From: an uncultured Gammaproteobacteria bacterium
GTDB lineage: Bacteria; Patescibacteriota; Patescibacteriia; UBA1558; 2-01-FULL-52-15
DNA length: 64,000 nucleotides
NCBI GenBank assembly: GCA_964402565.1
Contig: CAYOCJ010000001.1
Location: forward strand, 416,079-480,078
Reading direction: 5' to 3'
Shown: positions 60,659 to 64,000 of the stretch, in pieces
Position numbering within the stretch: position 1 is the first letter of the stretch
Layout: each line of letters starts with the position of its first letter
Made by a program: the position numbers and the translations under genes
Notes under the pieces: generated by a model
What the model was told of the DNA's origin: nothing
The model's database searches: none
What the model saw: only the letters and a program-made list of their open reading frames with translations

Positions 60659-62382
60659 CAAACGATTCCATAACAGTATTTGCCTCTACTAATTTCCGCA
60701 ATCGCCAGCAGCGATTCGGCATTAAGGCTGATGATCGTCGCCGGCATATGTATTTGATCGGTAAAACCGGCATGGGCAAGTCTGAAATGCTGAAGAATAT
60801 GGCAATTCAGGATATTCGCAATGGTCATGGCGTTGCTGTGGTCGATCCTCACGGCGACATGGTAGAAACGGTCCTGCGTTTCGTGCCGCGCGAACGGATC
60901 AATGATGTGGTGTATTTCAATCCGTCCGACCTTGATTTCCCGATCGCATTCAATGTACTTGAAAAAGTATCACTAGAGCAGCGCCATTTAGTTGCGTCAG
61001 GCCTGATAGGCGTTTTCAAAAAGATCTGGGCCGACTCCTGGGGGCCTCGTCTCGAATACGTCCTGCACAATGCAATCTCTGCGTTGCTGGAGTATCCCGG
61101 CTCGACCTTACTGAGTATTATGCGAATGCTCACGGATAAGGCTTTCCGCAAGCGCGTCGTTGAAAAGATCAATGACCCCGTCGTAAAAGCATTCTGGGTG
61201 GAGGAGTATTCGAAATATCCTGACCGGTTCCAGGCTGAAGCGATCGCACCGATCCAAAACAAAGTCGGACGATTCCTCACATCTGCTCTCATGAGAAATA
61301 TTGTAGGACAGGTCGCTTCATCGATCAACGTCCGTGAGATGATGGATAATCAGAAGATCTTTCTTATTAATTTGTCAAAAGGACGCGTCGGAGAAGATAA
61401 TTCGGCCTTGCTCGGTGCTCTGCTGATCACAAAAATGCAGCTTGCTGCAATGAGCCGTGTCGATATACCCGAAAAAGATCGTAAAGATTTTTATTTGTAT
61501 GTTGACGAGTTTCAAAATTTTGCCACCGAAAGTTTTGCCGGTATTCTGTCTGAAGCCAGAAAGTATCGCCTGAATCTAATTTTGGCACACCAATATATTG
61601 CGCAGCTCGTGCATGATGGCAATAGTACGGTTCGCGATGCGGTATTCGGCAACGTAGGCACCTTGGTTACATTCAGAGTCGGTGCTGCTGACGCTGAATT
61701 TATGGAACCGGAGTTTATGCCGGCTTTGACACAGGAGGACCTGGTCAACTTACCGAAGTATCAGATCTATTTGAAACTTATGATCGATGGCGTTACCTCG
61801 AATGCTTTTTCAGCATCGACTTTGCCACCGTATGAGCCGCCGGCTGATGCGGCTGAAATCGTTGATAAGGTTATTAAAGTTTCTCGCGAACGATACGCAA
61901 AACCTCGCGAGGTGATTGAGGACAAAATCATTCGCTGGGCCGAAAATACCGGCGATGACCAGCCGAAGGCCAGCCACGATACCCAATCAACACAAGCTGC
62001 CGCGCCGAGGGTTTATGAAGCAGGCGGGTCCCGTGACCGATCAACTTCAGATATAAAGGCTCCGAAAGGTGATGCGAAACTATTCGATGCTACCTGTTCT
62101 AACTGCGGCAAGAAAACAACCACGAAATTTAAACCCGATCCCAAGCGGCCCGTATACTGCCCTGAATGCCTGCAAAAGGTTAAAGCTGGCCTGCTGCAAC
62201 CTGCTCCAGTACAAGCTGCTGCACCGATTCCAAAGGAAGTCTCTTTGATGGAGGCTATTTCATCTCATCAACAAAAGAGACCTGTAAAGACAGATGATTT
62301 GGTAGGCTCGCTCGACGATAAGCCCGCAAATCGCCTGCTCCAGCCGAACCAAGTTATACACCTAAGCGATAGTAAAAACTGA
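60655..62382 (+). CDS. VirD4/TrwB/HerA-like (DUF87) ATPase with C-terminal CxxC-x17-CxxC zinc finger
   Basis: RHMYLIGKTGMGKS, VDPHGD, YVDEFQNF, SEARKYRL, HQY; CSNC...YCPEC. Confidence 0.88.
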   Translation: MTNDSITVFASTNFRNRQQRFGIKADDRRRHMYLIGKTGMGKSEMLKNMAIQDIRNGHGVAVVDPHGDMVETVLRFVPRERINDVVYFNPSDLDFPIAFNVLEKVSLEQRHLVASGLIGVFKKIWADSWGPRLEYVLHNAISALLEYPGSTLLSIMRMLTDKAFRKRVVEKINDPVVKAFWVEEYSKYPDRFQAEAIAPIQNKVGRFLTSALMRNIVGQVASSINVREMMDNQKIFLINLSKGRVGEDNSALLGALLITKMQLAAMSRVDIPEKDRKDFYLYVDEFQNFATESFAGILSEARKYRLNLILAHQYIAQLVHDGNSTVRDAVFGNVGTLVTFRVGAADAEFMEPEFMPALTQEDLVNLPKYQIYLKLMIDGVTSNAFSASTLPPYEPPADAAEIVDKVIKVSRERYAKPREVIEDKIIRWAENTGDDQPKASHDTQSTQAAAPRVYEAGGSRDRSTSDIKAPKGDAKLFDATCSNCGKKTTTKFKPDPKRPVYCPECLQKVKAGLLQPAPVQAAAPIPKEVSLMEAISSHQQKRPVKTDDLVGSLDDKPANRLLQPNQVIHLSDSKN

Positions 62383-62465
62383 GAAAAAGTGATATAATCT
62401 AGTAAACCTACGATATCCACTGGAATAATGTGGATAACTAGGACTAAGTATATATATAACAAAAC

Positions 62466-62981
62466 ATGAAATTACAAAGCAAAAAGGGATTTACGCTTAT
62501 CGAACTTATCATCGTTGTAGCCATCATTGGTTTATTGGCAGCAGCTTTATTCGTAGCTATTGACCCTGCAAAGCGCGTGGGTGACGCCCGTGACGCGCGT
62601 CGCTATGCTGACGTAACTTCTGTTTTGAACGCTATTTTACAATATACGGTTGACGCTAACGGATTGCCAACGCCAGTTGCTAATATGACTCCCGGCAACT
62701 ACTATGTCATAGCACAAGGCCAAGGACAGCTCACCAGCGGTGCAACCAGCGACAATGCTGATTGTGTGGAACTTCTCGGCACCAGCGGAGCTCAATCGAA
62801 CTACGGACAAATCAATCTTTGGACTGCTCTGACCGATAAGTATATAGCGACCATGCCTGTTGATCCATCGCAGACCGCAAGCAGTACTGGCTATTACATC
62901 AAGAAGAGCTCGAGTAATAGAATTTTGGTCGGATCTTGTCTGAAGTCGAATTCTACGAACTCGATTGAAGTGCAGAGATAA
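62466..62981 (+). CDS. Type IV pilin
   Basis: KKG|FTLIELIIVVAIIGLL; ARDARR..D; MPVDP; Cys pair; strong terminator after it. Confidence 0.92.
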   Translation: MKLQSKKGFTLIELIIVVAIIGLLAAALFVAIDPAKRVGDARDARRYADVTSVLNAILQYTVDANGLPTPVANMTPGNYYVIAQGQGQLTSGATSDNADCVELLGTSGAQSNYGQINLWTALTDKYIATMPVDPSQTASSTGYYIKKSSSNRILVGSCLKSNSTNSIEVQR

Positions 62982-63003
62982 GTGCAATACATTTACACTT
63001 GAA

Positions 63004-63032
63004 CAAAAACCTTCTACTCAAGAAGGTTTTTG
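63004..63032 (+). terminator. Terminator after the pilin gene
   Basis: CAAAAACCTTCT-ACTCA-AGAAGGTTTTTG. Confidence 0.85.
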
Positions 63033-63048
63033 ATTTAGAAAAGCTCAG

Positions 63049-64000
63049 ATGAATTTGTCGAGTACACGAAGCAAGGCAGCATTTGATCTATGGACATTAT
63101 TGCCCTTGTTTTTCATACTCGTCTCAGTATACCTCTATTTGCCGGCGATTCATTACCCATTTATTTGGGACGACGAAGCTCAGGTAGTTAATAATGAATT
63201 GATCCGTCATGCGTCGAACCTGCCGCGCCTCTTATTGGGTCCGACATTTGATGTGGGAGGAGGAGTACTTGCCGGGGCTTATTGGAGACCCTTAGTCGTT
63301 ATTTCAAACTTCATCAATTACCAGATCTGGGGTGAGAATCCTGCAGGATTCCGCTTGTATCAGCTCGGGTTGCATTGCGCAGTCATACTGCTGCTTTTTA
63401 TTCTCATCAAACAACTGGCAGAACTCTTTCAAGTCGCTCAATCAAAGGAGTTGGCGCTGCTGGTGACGTCGCTCTATGCCGTACAGCCAGTACATGTCGA
63501 ATCGGTCATTTACATCGGCAGCATAGGCGAGGTCCTCTATACCTTATTTTCGATCGCTGCTCTTATTTTTTTTACAAAAAGCTTATTGATTTCTGATCAA
63601 AAAAAGCAGCTGAATTTTGAAATTGTATTTTTTATTCTTACAGGCATCGCGCTGCTAGCCAAAGAAAGCGCTGTCGTCGTTTTTTTGATCGCAGCTTTTT
63701 TGGGCTACGTCGCACATCGTAAAGGATCCCGCTTTTGGCTTCGCTATATAACCGGCGCTTCAGCAACTGTCGGTGTGTATGCATTCCTGCGCTTATTCAT
63801 CGCACATGTTGTTTTTATCAAAGATTACGGTTCGTATATATCCAGTGCGTCCTTGTATGAACGGCTGCTGACCGTGCCGTATGTCATTTTGTCATATATC
63901 GTCAAGCTGACCGTGCCGGTGCGCCTGGTCATCTATGAGAATAAGGTCGTTCATAGCCCGCTCGATCCTGCGTTTTGGCTATATGGAACTGGCGTTTTGG
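63049..64000 (+). CDS. TMTC-like GT-C membrane glycosyltransferase (3'-truncated; missing from the ORF track)
   Basis: Translated by hand from ATG 63049: YPFIWDDEAQVVNN, YWRPL, QPVHVESV.YI, LLAKES; frame open to the window end. Confidence 0.82.
   Translation, partial: MNLSSTRSKAAFDLWTLLPLFFILVSVYLYLPAIHYPFIWDDEAQVVNNELIRHASNLPRLLLGPTFDVGGGVLAGAYWRPLVVISNFINYQIWGENPAGFRLYQLGLHCAVILLLFILIKQLAELFQVAQSKELALLVTSLYAVQPVHVESVIYIGSIGEVLYTLFSIAALIFFTKSLLISDQKKQLNFEIVFFILTGIALLAKESAVVVFLIAAFLGYVAHRKGSRFWLRYITGASATVGVYAFLRLFIAHVVFIKDYGSYISSASLYERLLTVPYVILSYIVKLTVPVRLVIYENKVVHSPLDPAFWLYGTGVL

Overview
The window is bacterial chromosome in genetic code 11, since TGA is used as a stop. Gene content suggests a Patescibacteria/CPR (Parcubacteria-like) genome; this taxonomy is inferred. 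Bases 1-833 are the end of pyrG. Bases 889-11500 are a ~10.6 kb integrated element inserted in the 3' end of tRNA-Gln(UUG) and bounded by TGGCTGG direct repeats. It carries a type I RM system (HsdR, fused HsdM-S), a small PD-(D/E)xK nuclease, regulators, a putative replication module, a highly structured non-coding leader and a large serine recombinase (LSR). The main finding is that the attachment core lies in frame inside the LSR gene. When integrated, the gene ends in antisense tRNA sequence (526 aa, ...WLGDRDSNPD*). Excision would splice on a stored 35-codon tail from the far end of the element (551 aa, ...WLAWRDYVRT...LLTLAR*). The rest is core genome: ADP-forming acyl-CoA ligase, recJ, rnhA, holB, frr, rseP, mreBCD-mrdA, greA, a second mreB, rnpB, a glycosyltransferase cluster, murJ, lepA, tRNA-Thr, ftsEX, rpmA, lexA, mraY-ftsW-murG/murC fusion-murB, hpf, secA, secDF, a VirD4/HerA-like ATPase pair, pilins and a partial TMTC-like glycosyltransferase. 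Other oddities are a 36-Cys pilin, a permuted parvulin inside SecD, an orphan sRNA unit between secA and secD, and several leaderless promoters. All calls come from reading motifs by eye; no database searches were run.
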